The notes beneath the pieces are model-generated. The model did no database searches, had not been told where the DNA came from, and was given only the letters and a program-made list of their open reading frames with translations. Source: Ruminiclostridium sp. (GTDB lineage Bacteria; Bacillota; Clostridia; Oscillospirales; Ruminococcaceae). From it: a DNA stretch of 64,000 nt. The position numbers and the translations under genes were made by a program. Positions within the stretch are counted from its first letter, which is position 1, and every line of letters begins with the position of its first letter. Shown in pieces: positions 18,997-30,418 of this stretch. The stretch is taken from NCBI GenBank assembly GCA_017935365.1, contig JAGBHT010000033.1, forward strand, positions 25,697 through 89,696. Direction: 5' to 3'.

Positions 18997-20631
18997 TTAT
19001 TCTACTGATACGAGGTAGTAATATACGGGCTGTCCGCCGTTTACAAGCACGATCTCGATATCGTCGCTTATCTTGGCTCTGAGCGCTTCAAAAGCTGTCT
19101 GAGCGGTTTCATCGGTCACATCACTGCCGTAAATTACCGTTATATAGGAAGAGCCTGAACGGATAAGCTTCTTTGTAATCTTGATGAGCGCCTTTGTAAC
19201 GTCCTTTTCTACAAATGCGAGCTTGCCGTTTTCCATAGCGAGTATTTCGCCCTTCTTTATCTGCTTGCCCTCAAAGTCACTGTCGCGTACTGCAAAGGTG
19301 ATCGAGCCTGAACCTACGTTATCAAGCGCCTTTGTCATATTCGCACCGTTTGTTCTGAAATCGTTGCTTTCATCAAAGGCGAGCATAGCGGTTATACCCT
19401 GGGGGATCGTCCTTGTCTGTAAAACGATAACGTTTCTGTCGGTAAGTTTTACAGCCTGTTCAGCCGCCATTATTATGTTCTTGTTGTTGGGAAGAACGAA
19501 GATATTTCTTGCGGGGGTTGCGTTGATAGCTTCAAGAATATCTTCGGTAGAGGGGTTCATAGTCTGACCGCCTCTTACTATAACGTCAACGCCGAGATCC
19601 TTGAACAGGTCTTCAAGTCCTGCGCCCGATGTAACAGATACAAAGCCGAAATCCTTTGTAGGCTCTGCGGGAGCAAGCTTCTGCTTCTTCTGCATTTCAG
19701 CCTTTGCCGCCGCACCTTTATGCTGTTCTTTCATATTCTCTATCTTGAGATTTATGAGTGAGCCGTAAAGTATACCCTCTTCAAGCGCCTTACCGGGGTG
19801 CTCTGTATGAACGTGAACCTTTATGATCGTATCGTCGTCAACTACAACAACGCAGTCGCCGATAGATTCAAGAAATGCGCGGAGCTTTGTTGCGTCTTTG
19901 TTCACGTCGCTCTTTACAACAATGAACTCGGTGCAGTATGTGAACTGGATATCTGTTTCATAAGTACCTGCGGCATTTGTAACTACTGCCTTTTCGGTTT
20001 TGGTTTCTTCGTTTGTTTCGATCATTACGCCGCCGCAGATAACGGAAGCCATACCTTTAAGTATAGTGTAATAACCCATACCGCCTGCGTCTACAACGCC
20101 TGCTTTTTTCAGTACAGGGAGCATTTCGGGTGTTTGATCGAGTGTTTCCTTTGCGGCTGTTGTCAGAACTTCAAACAGCTCGGGGAAATCCTTGCACTGA
20201 GCGTCATTTGCCTTTTCGCTTGCTACTCTTGCAACTGTGAGGATCGTACCCTCGGTGGGCTTCATTACTGATTTATAAGCCGCCTCTGCACCTAATTTAA
20301 GTGCGTTGCAGTAATCTTCAACGGTTGCCTCGTGCTTTCCTGCAAGACCTTTTGAAAGTCCTCTGAATAAAAGCGACAGGATAACGCCTGAGTTACCTCT
20401 TGCGCCTCTGAGCATAGCAGAAGCCGCCGTCTGTGCTACTGTTTCGACAGTTGCGCTGTCGCTCAGCATATTAAGTTCTGCAACGGCATTTCTTATGGTC
20501 ATAGACATATTGGTGCCGGTGTCGCCGTCGGGAACGGGGAATACGTTCAGCTCGTCAACGCTTTCTTTATTATTGATTATATTGTTTGCACCCGAGATGA
20601 TCGCATCTCTGAGAATTTTTCCGCTTAGCAT
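18997..20631 (-). CDS. DAK2-domain protein (fatty acid kinase FakA/YloV-like)
   Basis: [45 protein letters not shown]. Confidence 0.93.
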   Translation of the reverse strand: MLSGKILRDAIISGANNIINNKESVDELNVFPVPDGDTGTNMSMTIRNAVAELNMLSDSATVETVAQTAASAMLRGARGNSGVILSLLFRGLSKGLAGKHEATVEDYCNALKLGAEAAYKSVMKPTEGTILTVARVASEKANDAQCKDFPELFEVLTTAAKETLDQTPEMLPVLKKAGVVDAGGMGYYTILKGMASVICGGVMIETNEETKTEKAVVTNAAGTYETDIQFTYCTEFIVVKSDVNKDATKLRAFLESIGDCVVVVDDDTIIKVHVHTEHPGKALEEGILYGSLINLKIENMKEQHKGAAAKAEMQKKQKLAPAEPTKDFGFVSVTSGAGLEDLFKDLGVDVIVRGGQTMNPSTEDILEAINATPARNIFVLPNNKNIIMAAEQAVKLTDRNVIVLQTRTIPQGITAMLAFDESNDFRTNGANMTKALDNVGSGSITFAVRDSDFEGKQIKKGEILAMENGKLAFVEKDVTKALIKITKKLIRSGSSYITVIYGSDVTDETAQTAFEALRAKISDDIEIVLVNGGQPVYYYLVSVE

Positions 20632-20653
20632 TAGTCAGATACTCTCCTTGATA

Positions 20654-21031
20654 TTATACTTTGACAGAATCAACGAAAACATTGACCTTATCTACCGTAA
20701 AGCCTGTTTCGTCTTCTACCGCAAATCTTACCTTATGAATGATGCTCTTTACTATCGTGGACACATTTACACCGTACATAACGGAAATGTGCAGGTCAAT
20801 GTAAAGCTTATCGTTCTTATATTTTACCGTGACACCTTTTTCTGAAAGAATAGTCTTGTCGGCAAATTTCTTTATGAATTTCAGAGGTACTTTTTCAATG
20901 AATGTCTGTTTTGCATCTACGGCATTCATTCCCACTATGCCAAAGCAATTGGTAACAGTTCCGCCGATAAGGGTGTAGAAGAACTGCTTTGAATAGGTGA
21001 TCGTTCCTAAGTGGTTGTTTATCGTGATCAT
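20654..21031 (-). CDS. Asp23/Gls24-family protein (YloU-like)
   Basis: NCFGIVGM, IDLHISVMYGVN, VNVFVDSV; canonical position upstream of DAK2. Confidence 0.9.
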   Translation of the reverse strand: MITINNHLGTITYSKQFFYTLIGGTVTNCFGIVGMNAVDAKQTFIEKVPLKFIKKFADKTILSEKGVTVKYKNDKLYIDLHISVMYGVNVSTIVKSIIHKVRFAVEDETGFTVDKVNVFVDSVKV

Positions 21032-21106
21032 TTGTATAACCTCCTTATAAATCGGACTATATCATTATACTATATTTCACGGCGAATTTCAAGCATTTAT
21101 GCCAAA

Positions 21107-21982
21107 TTACCGTTCAGATACAGAAACTCCGCAGTCTGTAGGACGGGCAATAAAAACGCTTTTGTATTTTTCCGACAGTGTGTTTTTTGCTTCAACAGCC
21201 TTGTCTTCATTTTCAAACACGCCGAATACCACGCTTCCGCTACCTGTCATTTCAGCAGAAATCGCGCCTGCCGACAGAATATCGTTTTTGATTTTTTCAA
21301 TACGATTGTCACGGTAAATCTCTGTGAATACGTTGCTTATGTACTTCGTACCGTCCGAAAGTCTGCCGCAGACAATACTGCTTACAAAGTCGGCATAATG
21401 AGTATTAACGGCGGTGGGGTTTTCATCATACTTTGCATAAGCTTCGGCAGTACTCAGCGTAAAACCGGGGTAAATGCAAAGGAACACGCAGTCGCACTCA
21501 CATTCGGCGGTCATCATATCGCCGCTTGTTATGCTGTACTGTGTTCCTCCTTTTATGCAGATAGGAACATCTGCGCCGATCTTATCGCCGACAGCGCACA
21601 ATGTTTCGGTATCAAGCTTTCTGCCGAACAGCTCATTGAGCGCCACAAGCGTACCTGCGCCGTCAACCGATGAACCGCCCATTCCGCCCATAAGAGGAAC
21701 GTGCTTTTCTATATCTACCGAAATTTCCGCATTCATATCCGTTGCCTCAAAGAATGCTCTTGCGGCTTTCCATACGATATTTCTTTCATCGCACGGAATG
21801 TCGGGGTTATCGCAGGTTATTCTGCACCCAAAATTATCGGTGCTGAGAACACTTACGGTTATGTCATCGTAAACATCTACGCTCTGCGTTGCAATATTGA
21901 GCGAGTGTCTGCCACTCGGCAGTCTGCCCGTTATGTCAAGAAACAAATTCAGCTTTGCATACGCTCTTACCTGAATTTTCAT
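21107..21982 (-). CDS. ispE: 4-diphosphocytidyl-2-C-methyl-D-erythritol kinase
   Basis: AKLNLFL, GGMGGSSVD, GADVP, MTGSGS (GHMP kinase motifs). Confidence 0.9.
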   Translation of the reverse strand: MKIQVRAYAKLNLFLDITGRLPSGRHSLNIATQSVDVYDDITVSVLSTDNFGCRITCDNPDIPCDERNIVWKAARAFFEATDMNAEISVDIEKHVPLMGGMGGSSVDGAGTLVALNELFGRKLDTETLCAVGDKIGADVPICIKGGTQYSITSGDMMTAECECDCVFLCIYPGFTLSTAEAYAKYDENPTAVNTHYADFVSSIVCGRLSDGTKYISNVFTEIYRDNRIEKIKNDILSAGAISAEMTGSGSVVFGVFENEDKAVEAKNTLSEKYKSVFIARPTDCGVSVSER

Positions 21983-23160
21983 TACAGTACACCGAGATCT
22001 TCAAGGAACAGTCTTATGCGTTCAAGTGCCGTCTTGATATGCTGGAGCGAATACGCGTAGGAAACACGGATGTAACCCTCTCCGCACTTGCCGAAAGCAT
22101 CGCCGGGAACTACCGCAACTCTGTGCTTTTCGATCAGCTGTTCGCAGAATTCCTGAGATGTAAGACCTGTTTTCTTTATCGACGGGAAGATGTAGAATGC
22201 GCCTTCAGGCTCAAAGCAGTCAAGACCCATTTCATTGAAGCCCTTGACGATAAGACGTCTTCTCATATCGTATTCGTTACGCATATATTCAATGTCTTTC
22301 TTACACTCTTTAAGGGCAACTACAGCGGCGTACTGGCTCATTGTGGGTGAGCACATTATACCGTACTGGTGAATTTTAAGCATCTGTGTAACGATAGGAG
22401 CGGGAGCTGCGGCAAAGCCAAGTCGCCAGCCTGTCATTGAGAACGCCTTTGAGAAACCGTTGATAAGAACGGTGCGTTCTTTCATACCGTCTATATCGAC
22501 TATTGAGCAGTGCTCTTCATCACCGTAGGTAAGCTCGGAATATATCTCATCGGAAATAACGATAATATCGGTATCTCTCAGAACCTCTGCGATAGCTTCA
22601 AGGTCGGCTCTTCTCATAACCGCACCTGTCGGGTTGTTGGGATAGGGAAGTACGAGAGCCTTTGTTTTCGGGGTAATGTGCGCTCTGAGCGCCTCTGCTG
22701 TCAGCTTGAAACCGTTTTCAACGCTTGTTTCTATTGCAACGGGCGTACCGTTTGCAAGTGTTACTATAGGTCCGTAACAGACAAAGCTTGGCTGAGGGAT
22801 AAGTACCTCGTCGCCCGTGTCAACAAGCGCTCTTACCGCAAGGTCAATAGCTTCGGATCCGCCGACTGTCACGAGAATTTCATGCAGAGGGTCGTAGGAA
22901 ACGTGTATTCTGTCGTTTATATAATCATTTATAGCAACGCGAAGATTGGCAAGTCCGGCATTCGCCGTGTAGTTTGTACGACCTTTTTCGAGTACTCTTA
23001 TAGCTTCTTTTCTTATTGCCCAGGGGGTCTTGAAGTCGGGTTCGCCGACTGAAAGGGAAATTACATCATCGTAACTTGCTGCTATATCAAAGAACTTTCT
23101 TATACCCGAAAACTGCAGATCCTGCACTTTTCGGGAGAGTATATTTTCATAATCCATCAC
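21982..23160 (-). CDS. Class I/II PLP-dependent aminotransferase
   Basis: GEPDF, PNNPTG, SDEIY, GFSKAFSMTGWRLG. Confidence 0.92.
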   Translation of the reverse strand: MMDYENILSRKVQDLQFSGIRKFFDIAASYDDVISLSVGEPDFKTPWAIRKEAIRVLEKGRTNYTANAGLANLRVAINDYINDRIHVSYDPLHEILVTVGGSEAIDLAVRALVDTGDEVLIPQPSFVCYGPIVTLANGTPVAIETSVENGFKLTAEALRAHITPKTKALVLPYPNNPTGAVMRRADLEAIAEVLRDTDIIVISDEIYSELTYGDEEHCSIVDIDGMKERTVLINGFSKAFSMTGWRLGFAAAPAPIVTQMLKIHQYGIMCSPTMSQYAAVVALKECKKDIEYMRNEYDMRRRLIVKGFNEMGLDCFEPEGAFYIFPSIKKTGLTSQEFCEQLIEKHRVAVVPGDAFGKCGEGYIRVSYAYSLQHIKTALERIRLFLEDLGVL

Positions 23161-23642
23161 GGAGATACTAAACTCCTTTCATCCGTGTTCTTAAGGAACA
23201 TCTTGTCTTTTTCTTTATATCTGTGCAGAATGAAGTGTGTTGTTGTGCTGAGGACACCGCCGAGAGGAGCTAATCTGTCTGTTACAAACATAGCAACATC
23301 ACGCAGATTTGTACCCTTTATCGTTACGGCAAGGTCGTATCCGCCGCTCATCAGGTAAACAGAGGATACCTCATCGTACTGTGCTATAACTGCGGCAACA
23401 TCATCGTAACCACACTGTATCTCGGGAGAAACCCTGACTTCGATAAAAGCGCAGACTGAGTTTCTGTCAAATTCTTCTTCATTTATAATTGCGGTATAAC
23501 CGATTATCATTCCGCTCTTTTCGAGTTCCGCTATCATCGCCGCGACATCATCGGCTGAGGTATCAAGCATCGCCGCCAACTGTTCATTTGAAAGTCTGGC
23601 GTCCTGTCTTAAAAGGTTAACAAGCTTTTCTTTCTTTGTCAT
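23157..23642 (-). CDS. Lrp/AsnC-family transcriptional regulator
   Basis: N-terminal HTH and YLMSGGYD RAM domain; overlaps the aminotransferase start. Confidence 0.9.
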   Translation of the reverse strand: MTKKEKLVNLLRQDARLSNEQLAAMLDTSADDVAAMIAELEKSGMIIGYTAIINEEEFDRNSVCAFIEVRVSPEIQCGYDDVAAVIAQYDEVSSVYLMSGGYDLAVTIKGTNLRDVAMFVTDRLAPLGGVLSTTTHFILHRYKEKDKMFLKNTDERSLVSP

Positions 23643-23658
23643 CGTCTTATCCTCCGAA

Positions 23659-24480
23659 TTATTTTATACTGATAAATGTAGGATTGCGCTTCTTGAAAAA
23701 TGCAAGTTCTGTAAATCCCACACTTTTTGCGAGTGCTATTGCCTCGGGAATGCCCTTTCCGAGGTCTTCTGTGCAATGTGCGTCGGAGCCTACAGTAAGT
23801 ATCTTACCGCCGAGCTCCTTATAAAGTCTTACATAATATTCATCGGGCAGAGTAAGTCCTATCTTCTGCCTTAGTCCGCTTGAGTTGATCTCAATTCCGA
23901 TATCGTTCTTGATAAGTGTAGAGAATATCTCCTTGATTATCGGAAGATAACGGCTCATATCTATATAAAGTTCCGATTCGCCTACAATATAGCGCAGGGG
24001 ATATGTAAGGTGACCGAGTACGTCAAATTCGCCCCAGCGAGCCATTTCGAGCATTTCTTCAAAGTACAGCTTCATGATCATTTCGGGCTGTACCTCGTTA
24101 TAATCAAGAAGATAGAAATCTTCCCAACCGTTGCACATATGAAGTGAGCCGATTATGAAGTCGTATTTGTAGCTAGACAGCATTCTTTTTGTAAGCTCCA
24201 TATCCTGCAGCGGCTGTCCGAGCTCTACTCCGTATGCCATATTTATTTTATCCGCATACTTCGCAATAAGAGCGGGAGAGATCTCAGACGCACGTTTTAC
24301 CGGTTCTTCATAGAGGTATTCTTCATCATAGAATTTATTTATTTCAAGATGGTCTGTCAGCGAATAGTACTTTATTCCGAGTTCTATCGCTCGCTTTACC
24401 ATATCTTCGGGTTCGTTACTTCCGTCGGGTGACAGGTTGGAGTGATTGTGCACATCCATCAGAATTTCTGATTCGTTCAT
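23659..24480 (-). CDS. PHP-family histidinol-phosphatase (HisJ/HisK-like)
   Basis: DVHNHS, TDH, GVELG, GSLH, GHL, EINSSG, GSDAH. Confidence 0.85.
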   Translation of the reverse strand: MNESEILMDVHNHSNLSPDGSNEPEDMVKRAIELGIKYYSLTDHLEINKFYDEEYLYEEPVKRASEISPALIAKYADKINMAYGVELGQPLQDMELTKRMLSSYKYDFIIGSLHMCNGWEDFYLLDYNEVQPEMIMKLYFEEMLEMARWGEFDVLGHLTYPLRYIVGESELYIDMSRYLPIIKEIFSTLIKNDIGIEINSSGLRQKIGLTLPDEYYVRLYKELGGKILTVGSDAHCTEDLGKGIPEAIALAKSVGFTELAFFKKRNPTFISIK

Positions 24481-24625
24481 TTTTGCTACCTTCCTTTTGC
24501 GGTGGTTTTATATCTATACATTATCTATTTTACCACAAATAAAGCCGTTTGTCTATCGCAATATTCAAATTAATCGGAAGTTTGCAAAAAAATACCGAGG
24601 AAATTTATTCCCCGGTAGATCATAT

Positions 24626-25273
24626 TTACTTGTCATTGTCAAGATTGTTGTTGACACCGTATGAAAGCGTCAGCAGGCTGTCGCCGAGGTGAACGTTTTC
24701 AACGATTATGTTTTTATGCTCAACGTTTATGTCATAATGGGAGAAGTTCCAGAATGACCTTACGCCGAGTTCTGTAAGTCGGTCAACTATCTCTTTGGTA
24801 ACCGATTTCGGTATACAGAGAACAGCAACTTCGGGCTTGTTTTCGCGGCAGAAGCTTTCAAGCTCGTCTATATCGGTTATAGTAAGTTTTCCGAGAGGAT
24901 TTCCGACTATCTTTTTATTTGAATCAAATATGCCGATAAGACTGCATCCGCTTTTTTCAAAGTTTATATGCACGGCAAGCGCCGTACCGAGATTGCCGGC
25001 ACCGATAAGAATGGTCTTTCTGTGCTTGTCAACACCGAGAATACGACCGATCTCTTTTCGCAGTTCCGAAACATTGTAGCCGTAGCCCTGCTGTCCGAAA
25101 CCGCCGAAGCAATTCAGGTCCTGTCTTATCTGTGACGCGGTAAGGTGCATTCTTTCAGAAAGCTCCCTTGATGATATCTTTGAAATCTGCTGATCCTCAA
25201 GCTCGCCGAGAAAGCGATAGTAGCGGGGAAGTCTGCGTATAACTGAGTTTGATATATTAATGCTTTTCGACAA
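24626..25273 (-). CDS. rex: Redox-sensing transcriptional repressor Rex
   Basis: IRRLPRYYR, QIRQDL..FGGFGQQGYGY, IGAGNLG, FWNFS. Confidence 0.95.
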   Translation of the reverse strand: MSKSINISNSVIRRLPRYYRFLGELEDQQISKISSRELSERMHLTASQIRQDLNCFGGFGQQGYGYNVSELRKEIGRILGVDKHRKTILIGAGNLGTALAVHINFEKSGCSLIGIFDSNKKIVGNPLGKLTITDIDELESFCRENKPEVAVLCIPKSVTKEIVDRLTELGVRSFWNFSHYDINVEHKNIIVENVHLGDSLLTLSYGVNNNLDNDK

Positions 25274-25304
25274 GATACTGCCTCCTTACAGTCCGGTATT
25301 CCGA

Positions 25305-26516
25305 TTAAAGCGATTCTTTCAGTCTGTTGTTGATTTCGAGCAGGAAGTCTTCTGTGTTTACCTTTCTCTTGTTTTCAAGATTTGAAAGAACATAGAGGTC
25401 GCCTGTCATAACACCGTCTTCGATCGTCTTTATAGTAGCCTTTTCAAGCTTGTCTGCAAAGTCGGAAAGTTCCTTGTTGCCGTCCAGTTCGCCGCGCTTT
25501 CTTAAAGCGCCTGTCCATGCAAACAGAGTAGCTACCGAGTTTGTAGATGTTTCTTCGCCCTTTAAGTGCTTGTAGTAGTGGCGTGTTACTGTACCGTGAG
25601 CGGCTTCGTACTCGTAAACGCCTGTAGGTGAAACGAGGACTGATGTCATCATACCAAGACTGCCGAACGCTGTTGCAACCATGTCTGACATAACGTCGCC
25701 GTCATAGTTCTTGCAAGCCCAGATATATCCGCCTTCAGAACGTACAACTCTTGCTACGGCGTCGTCGATAAGTGTGTAGAAGTATGTGATGCCTGCGGCT
25801 TCAAACTTTTCTTTATACTCATTATCGAATATTTCCTGGAAAATATCCTTGAATGTGTGGTCGTACTTCTTTGAGATGGTGTCCTTTGTTGCAAACCAGA
25901 TATCCTGCTTTGTATCAAGAGCAAAGTTGAAGCATGCTCTTGCAAAGCTTGCAATACTTGCGTTTATATTGTGAAGTCCCTGAATGATACCGTCAGAGCC
26001 GTTGAACTTGTGTATAAGCTGTCTTGTTTCGTTTCCGTCCTTATCGGTTACAACAAGTTCGGCTGTGCTTCCGTCTGCAACCTTCATTTCGGAGTTCTTG
26101 TAAACATCGCCGTAAGCGTGACGGGCGATAGTTATAGGCTTCTTCCAGCCGGGGAGCAGAGGAGTGATACCCTTTACAATAATGGGCGCTCTGAATACTG
26201 TACCGTCAAGGATCGCACGGATAGTACCGTTAGGTGACTTCCACATTTCCTTTAAGTTGTACTCTGTCATCCTCTGTGCGTTGGGAGTGATAGTAGCGCA
26301 CTTGACTGCTACGCCGTATTTCTTTGTAGCATTTGCGGAGTCAATTGTAACCTGGTCGTTGGTTTCGTTTCTGTGAACAAGACCGAGATCGTAATAATCT
26401 GTCTTTAAGTCAACATAAGGGCAGATAAGTATATCCTTGATCATCTTCCAGATAATTCTGGTCATTTCGTCGCCGTCCATCTCAACGATGGGGGTGGTCA
26501 TCTGAATTTTTGCCAT
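25305..26516 (-). CDS. icd: NADP-dependent isocitrate dehydrogenase
   Basis: [38 protein letters not shown]. Confidence 0.96.
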   Translation of the reverse strand: MAKIQMTTPIVEMDGDEMTRIIWKMIKDILICPYVDLKTDYYDLGLVHRNETNDQVTIDSANATKKYGVAVKCATITPNAQRMTEYNLKEMWKSPNGTIRAILDGTVFRAPIIVKGITPLLPGWKKPITIARHAYGDVYKNSEMKVADGSTAELVVTDKDGNETRQLIHKFNGSDGIIQGLHNINASIASFARACFNFALDTKQDIWFATKDTISKKYDHTFKDIFQEIFDNEYKEKFEAAGITYFYTLIDDAVARVVRSEGGYIWACKNYDGDVMSDMVATAFGSLGMMTSVLVSPTGVYEYEAAHGTVTRHYYKHLKGEETSTNSVATLFAWTGALRKRGELDGNKELSDFADKLEKATIKTIEDGVMTGDLYVLSNLENKRKVNTEDFLLEINNRLKESL

Positions 26517-26538
26517 GTTATAGCCTTTCCTTTCGGTA

Positions 26539-28488
26539 TTACTTGTTGTGCTTGGTGTAGTTAAGCAGACCGCCTGCGAGCATCATACCCTTGCCGCGCT
26601 CGGATAATTCGCAGGTAACTTCATACTCTGTACCCTTTGTTATATTCTTTACGGTTATCTTTGTACCGTTTTCTATTGCATTTCTGATACCGGGAAGTTC
26701 AAGAACATCGTCACGGTCGATCTTGTCGTAATCAGCTTCGTTTACAAAGCACAGGGGGAGAATACCGTTGTTGATAAGGTTCTGTCTGTGGATACGGGCA
26801 AACGACTTGCATATAATAGCCTTTACGCCGAGGTAGAGGGGAGCGAGTGCGGCGTGTTCTCTTGATGAACCCTGTCCGTAGTTTGCACCGCCGACGATAA
26901 TGCTCTTGCCGAGTTCCTTTGCTCTTGTCGGGAATGTTTCATCGCATACTGTGAAGCAGTACTGTGAAATTGCGGGGATATTTGAACGCAGGGGTAATAT
27001 CTTTGCGCCGGCAGGCATAATATGGTCTGTAGTGATATTGTCGCCGACCTTGAGAGAAACCTCAGCCTTGATGTCTTCTGCAAGAGGAACGTTTACGGGG
27101 AAGGGCTTTATGTTGGGTCCTCTGAGGACTTCTACATTCGGAGCTTCCTCAGGTGTAGCGGGAGGAACTACCATATTGTCGTTTATAAGGAACTTTTCAG
27201 GCATTACATAAGGAGGCATATCGCCTGCAAGTCTGGGATCTGTGAATACGCCTGTGAGCGCTGAGATAGCGGCTGTTTCGGGAGAAACAAGGTAGATCTG
27301 ACCGTCTTTTGTTCCGCTTCTTCCTAAGAAGTTTCTGTTGAAGGTACGCAGTGAGATACCCTTTGAGTTAGGTGACTGACCCATACCTATGCACGGACCG
27401 CATGCACTTTCCAGGATTCTTGCACCGGCGCTTATGAGGATCGATAATGCGCCACAGTCAGCGAGCATATTGAATACCTGCTTTGAACCGGGAGCGATCG
27501 AAAGGCTGACATCAGGGTGAACTGTCTTACCCTTTAATATATGAGCAACCTTCAGCATATCCTGTAATGAAGAGTTGGTACATGAACCGATACATACCTG
27601 ATCTATCTTTATAGGACCGATTTCCTTTACGGTCTTTACGTTGTCGGGGCTGTGAGGACAAGCCGCCATGGGAACAAGCTCAGAGAGGTCGATATCGATC
27701 TCTTCGTCATATACGGCATCGGGATCCGCACTGAGAGCTACGAAGTCTTCTTCACGGTCCTGCGCCTTGAGGAAAGCAAGTGTTGTTTCGTCTGAGGGGA
27801 AGATCGATGTTGTCGCACCGAGTTCTGCGCCCATATTTGTGATAGTTGCACGCTCGGGAACGCTGAGGCTCTTTACGCCTTCGCCACAGTATTCAATGAC
27901 CTTACCGACACCGCCCTTAACGGACATTATCTGAAGCACCTTTAAGATTACATCCTTTGCGGAAACCCAGTCGTTGAGCTTGCCTGTGAGGTTTACCTTT
28001 ACGACCTTGGGCATTGTGATATAATATGCGCCGCCGCCCATTGCAACTGCAACGTCAAGTCCGCCTGCACCCATAGCAAGCATACCGATACCGCCGCCTG
28101 TGGGAGTATGGCTGTCAGAGCCGATAAGCGTCTTACCGGGCTTACCGAAACGCTCAAGGTGTACCTGGTGGCAGATACCGTTACCGGGACGTGAGAAGTA
28201 AATTCCGTGCTTCTTTGCAACACTGCCTATGTATCTGTGGTCGTCGGCGTTTTCAAAGCCTGACTGGAGTGTATTGTGGTCGATATAAGCGAGTGAACGC
28301 TCTGTCTTTACTCTGTCTATGCCCATAGCCTCAAACTGAAGATATGCCATAGTACCTGTAGCGTCCTGTGTCAGAGTCTGGTCGATACGGAGACCGATTT
28401 CTGTGCCTTTTATCATCTCACCGTCAATTATGTGGTTTTTGATGATTTTTTCGGTAAGGGTAAGTCCCTTGCTTTCGTTGTTTCCCAT
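26539..28488 (-). CDS. acn: Aconitate hydratase
   Basis: [45 protein letters not shown]; upstream of icd. Confidence 0.92.
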   Translation of the reverse strand: MGNNESKGLTLTEKIIKNHIIDGEMIKGTEIGLRIDQTLTQDATGTMAYLQFEAMGIDRVKTERSLAYIDHNTLQSGFENADDHRYIGSVAKKHGIYFSRPGNGICHQVHLERFGKPGKTLIGSDSHTPTGGGIGMLAMGAGGLDVAVAMGGGAYYITMPKVVKVNLTGKLNDWVSAKDVILKVLQIMSVKGGVGKVIEYCGEGVKSLSVPERATITNMGAELGATTSIFPSDETTLAFLKAQDREEDFVALSADPDAVYDEEIDIDLSELVPMAACPHSPDNVKTVKEIGPIKIDQVCIGSCTNSSLQDMLKVAHILKGKTVHPDVSLSIAPGSKQVFNMLADCGALSILISAGARILESACGPCIGMGQSPNSKGISLRTFNRNFLGRSGTKDGQIYLVSPETAAISALTGVFTDPRLAGDMPPYVMPEKFLINDNMVVPPATPEEAPNVEVLRGPNIKPFPVNVPLAEDIKAEVSLKVGDNITTDHIMPAGAKILPLRSNIPAISQYCFTVCDETFPTRAKELGKSIIVGGANYGQGSSREHAALAPLYLGVKAIICKSFARIHRQNLINNGILPLCFVNEADYDKIDRDDVLELPGIRNAIENGTKITVKNITKGTEYEVTCELSERGKGMMLAGGLLNYTKHNK

Positions 28489-28519
28489 TTTTGTCCTCCT
28501 GAAAAAAAGATTACAGTTA

Positions 28520-28548
28520 ATTATACATTACATTAATGTAAAAGTCAA
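28520..28548 (-). promoter_or_regulatory. sigmaA promoter of acn-icd-rex with a perfect palindrome in the spacer
   Basis: TTGACT-17 bp-TATAAT on the minus strand; TTACATTAATGTAA (28528-28541) is self-complementary. Confidence 0.75.
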
Positions 28549-28816
28549 GAATTTGTACTTGATTATGAAAGAATGAAACGGTAAAATTGCAGAATTTATT
28601 TGTTGATGTTGCACAAGCGACAGGACGGTTTATTATCGGATTTATAGAAATTCGTTCCCGAAAGTGCAAATCAGGTGAAAACTGAGAAAATAAACCCGTT
28701 GCGGTTGACTTCATACATAGAGATATTGTATAATCTACTATGTATCCCGTGTTTTACGGGAAATTTTACGAGGCGTATCAGATGCGAACCAAACAAATTA
28801 CCCGAAAGGAAAATAT

Positions 28817-30388
28817 ATGTCCGTAAAAAAGAAAGTTGCATTTACTGCATTTGCTGTAGCTGTTTCGCTGATCGCAAGCGGCTGCGGTAAAGCACTGGTG
28901 CTTGAAAACGAACCGTCCGGCACAGACCGGAATGATAATATAATAAGCGGCGCACCTGTCAGCAGAACTGTTATAAAGCCTGCCGAAAGCATTCCTGAGC
29001 AGACAGGCTCGCATAAGACAGACACTACAACCCAAAAAACGGAAGTTTCTGCCACCGACGAAACACCGGCGTCATCAACAGAGGGGTTTTCGGATGTTCC
29101 CGATGATGATGTTCCTGAGGATACGTATCAGCCGGTATCAACGGATGATACCGAACCTCCCGAAACGGTTATTACTTCGGCTGTGGCAACTACCACTAAA
29201 AAAAGCGGTACTTCCACACCGAAGCCGGATAACAATTATTCTCCGACACGCACAGATGATCTGCCTGTTAATAACTACACCGCACTGAATTATAATGAGG
29301 TAAAAGGCGTGTGGATCTCTTACTTTGAGCTGTACCCGATACTCACGGGAAAAAGCAGTTCTCAGTTCAGGAGCGGGATAGGCGAGTATTACGATAATTG
29401 TCTGTCGCTGGGCATAAATACTGTTTATGTTCATGTCAGACCTTACGGTGATGCAATCTATAAATCGGATTATTATCCGTGGTCGAAATACTGTACGGGA
29501 TATATCGGGGAAGATCCGGGCTATGATCCTCTTGAAATTATGACGGAAGAGGCGCACGCACGCGGAATTTCATTTCAGGCGTGGATCAATCCCTTGCGTT
29601 GCTATCAGGAAGACGACGCACCCAAGGTAAGCACTTCATATAAAACGGGTCAGTGGTATGACACTAAAGACGGAGATTATATAGTCAAGGTAAATTCGTA
29701 CTGGTGGCTCAATCCCGCATATAAAGAGGTAACCGACCTGATTGCAAACGGTGTTGCGGAGCTTGTGTCAAAATATGATGTTGACGGTGTTCATATAGAC
29801 GATTATTTCTATCCCACTACCGAATCATACTTTGACAGTATTGCGTTCAACGCTTCATCATACAGCAGTCTGTCACAGTTCAGACTTGACAATTGCAGTC
29901 GTATGGTGTCGGGAATGTATAATGCCGTCAAGTCACACAATCCGACAGCATTGTTCGGCGTAAGCGCTCAGGGAAACGTTACAAACAACGAAACTCAGCT
30001 TTATGCCGATGTGGAGAAATGGTCAAAAGAGGACGGCTATGTCGATTATATGGCACCTCAGATATATTACGGTTTTGATAACGGCGGTCAACCGTTTGAA
30101 CAGGTGGTCGAGCAGTGGGATAAAATGCTCGCCGGTACCGGAAAATCGCTTATACCCGGTCTTGCGGTGTACAAGATAGGCACAGAGGATGAATGGGCAG
30201 GAAGTGGAAGATACGAATGGAAAAATGATAAAGAAATAATAAAAAGGCAGATTGTAAAATCGCAGGGAACGTCAAATTACGGTGGCGTTATACTTTACAG
30301 CTATCAGTTCATTTTTGAGCCGGACAGTGATGTAAAGCAGGCGGTAAACAAGGAGATCTCGGCATTTAAACCGCTCCTTACGCAATAA
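28817..30388 (+). CDS. Lipoprotein with GHL10 (DUF187/YddW-like) glycoside hydrolase domain
   Basis: Lipobox ASGC, S/T/P linker, GVWISY, VHVRPYGD, AWINP, DGVHIDDYFY, APQIY. Confidence 0.85.
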   Translation: MSVKKKVAFTAFAVAVSLIASGCGKALVLENEPSGTDRNDNIISGAPVSRTVIKPAESIPEQTGSHKTDTTTQKTEVSATDETPASSTEGFSDVPDDDVPEDTYQPVSTDDTEPPETVITSAVATTTKKSGTSTPKPDNNYSPTRTDDLPVNNYTALNYNEVKGVWISYFELYPILTGKSSSQFRSGIGEYYDNCLSLGINTVYVHVRPYGDAIYKSDYYPWSKYCTGYIGEDPGYDPLEIMTEEAHARGISFQAWINPLRCYQEDDAPKVSTSYKTGQWYDTKDGDYIVKVNSYWWLNPAYKEVTDLIANGVAELVSKYDVDGVHIDDYFYPTTESYFDSIAFNASSYSSLSQFRLDNCSRMVSGMYNAVKSHNPTALFGVSAQGNVTNNETQLYADVEKWSKEDGYVDYMAPQIYYGFDNGGQPFEQVVEQWDKMLAGTGKSLIPGLAVYKIGTEDEWAGSGRYEWKNDKEIIKRQIVKSQGTSNYGGVILYSYQFIFEPDSDVKQAVNKEISAFKPLLTQ

Positions 30389-30418
30389 TTGCCGTGATAT
30401 CGGAAGGAAGAACAGAAG

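Noticed and set aside
28595-28620. Rex box near the acn promoter (TTGTTGATGTTGCACAA)
   Set aside because: One base short and mismatched relative to TTGTGAA-N4-TTCACAA.
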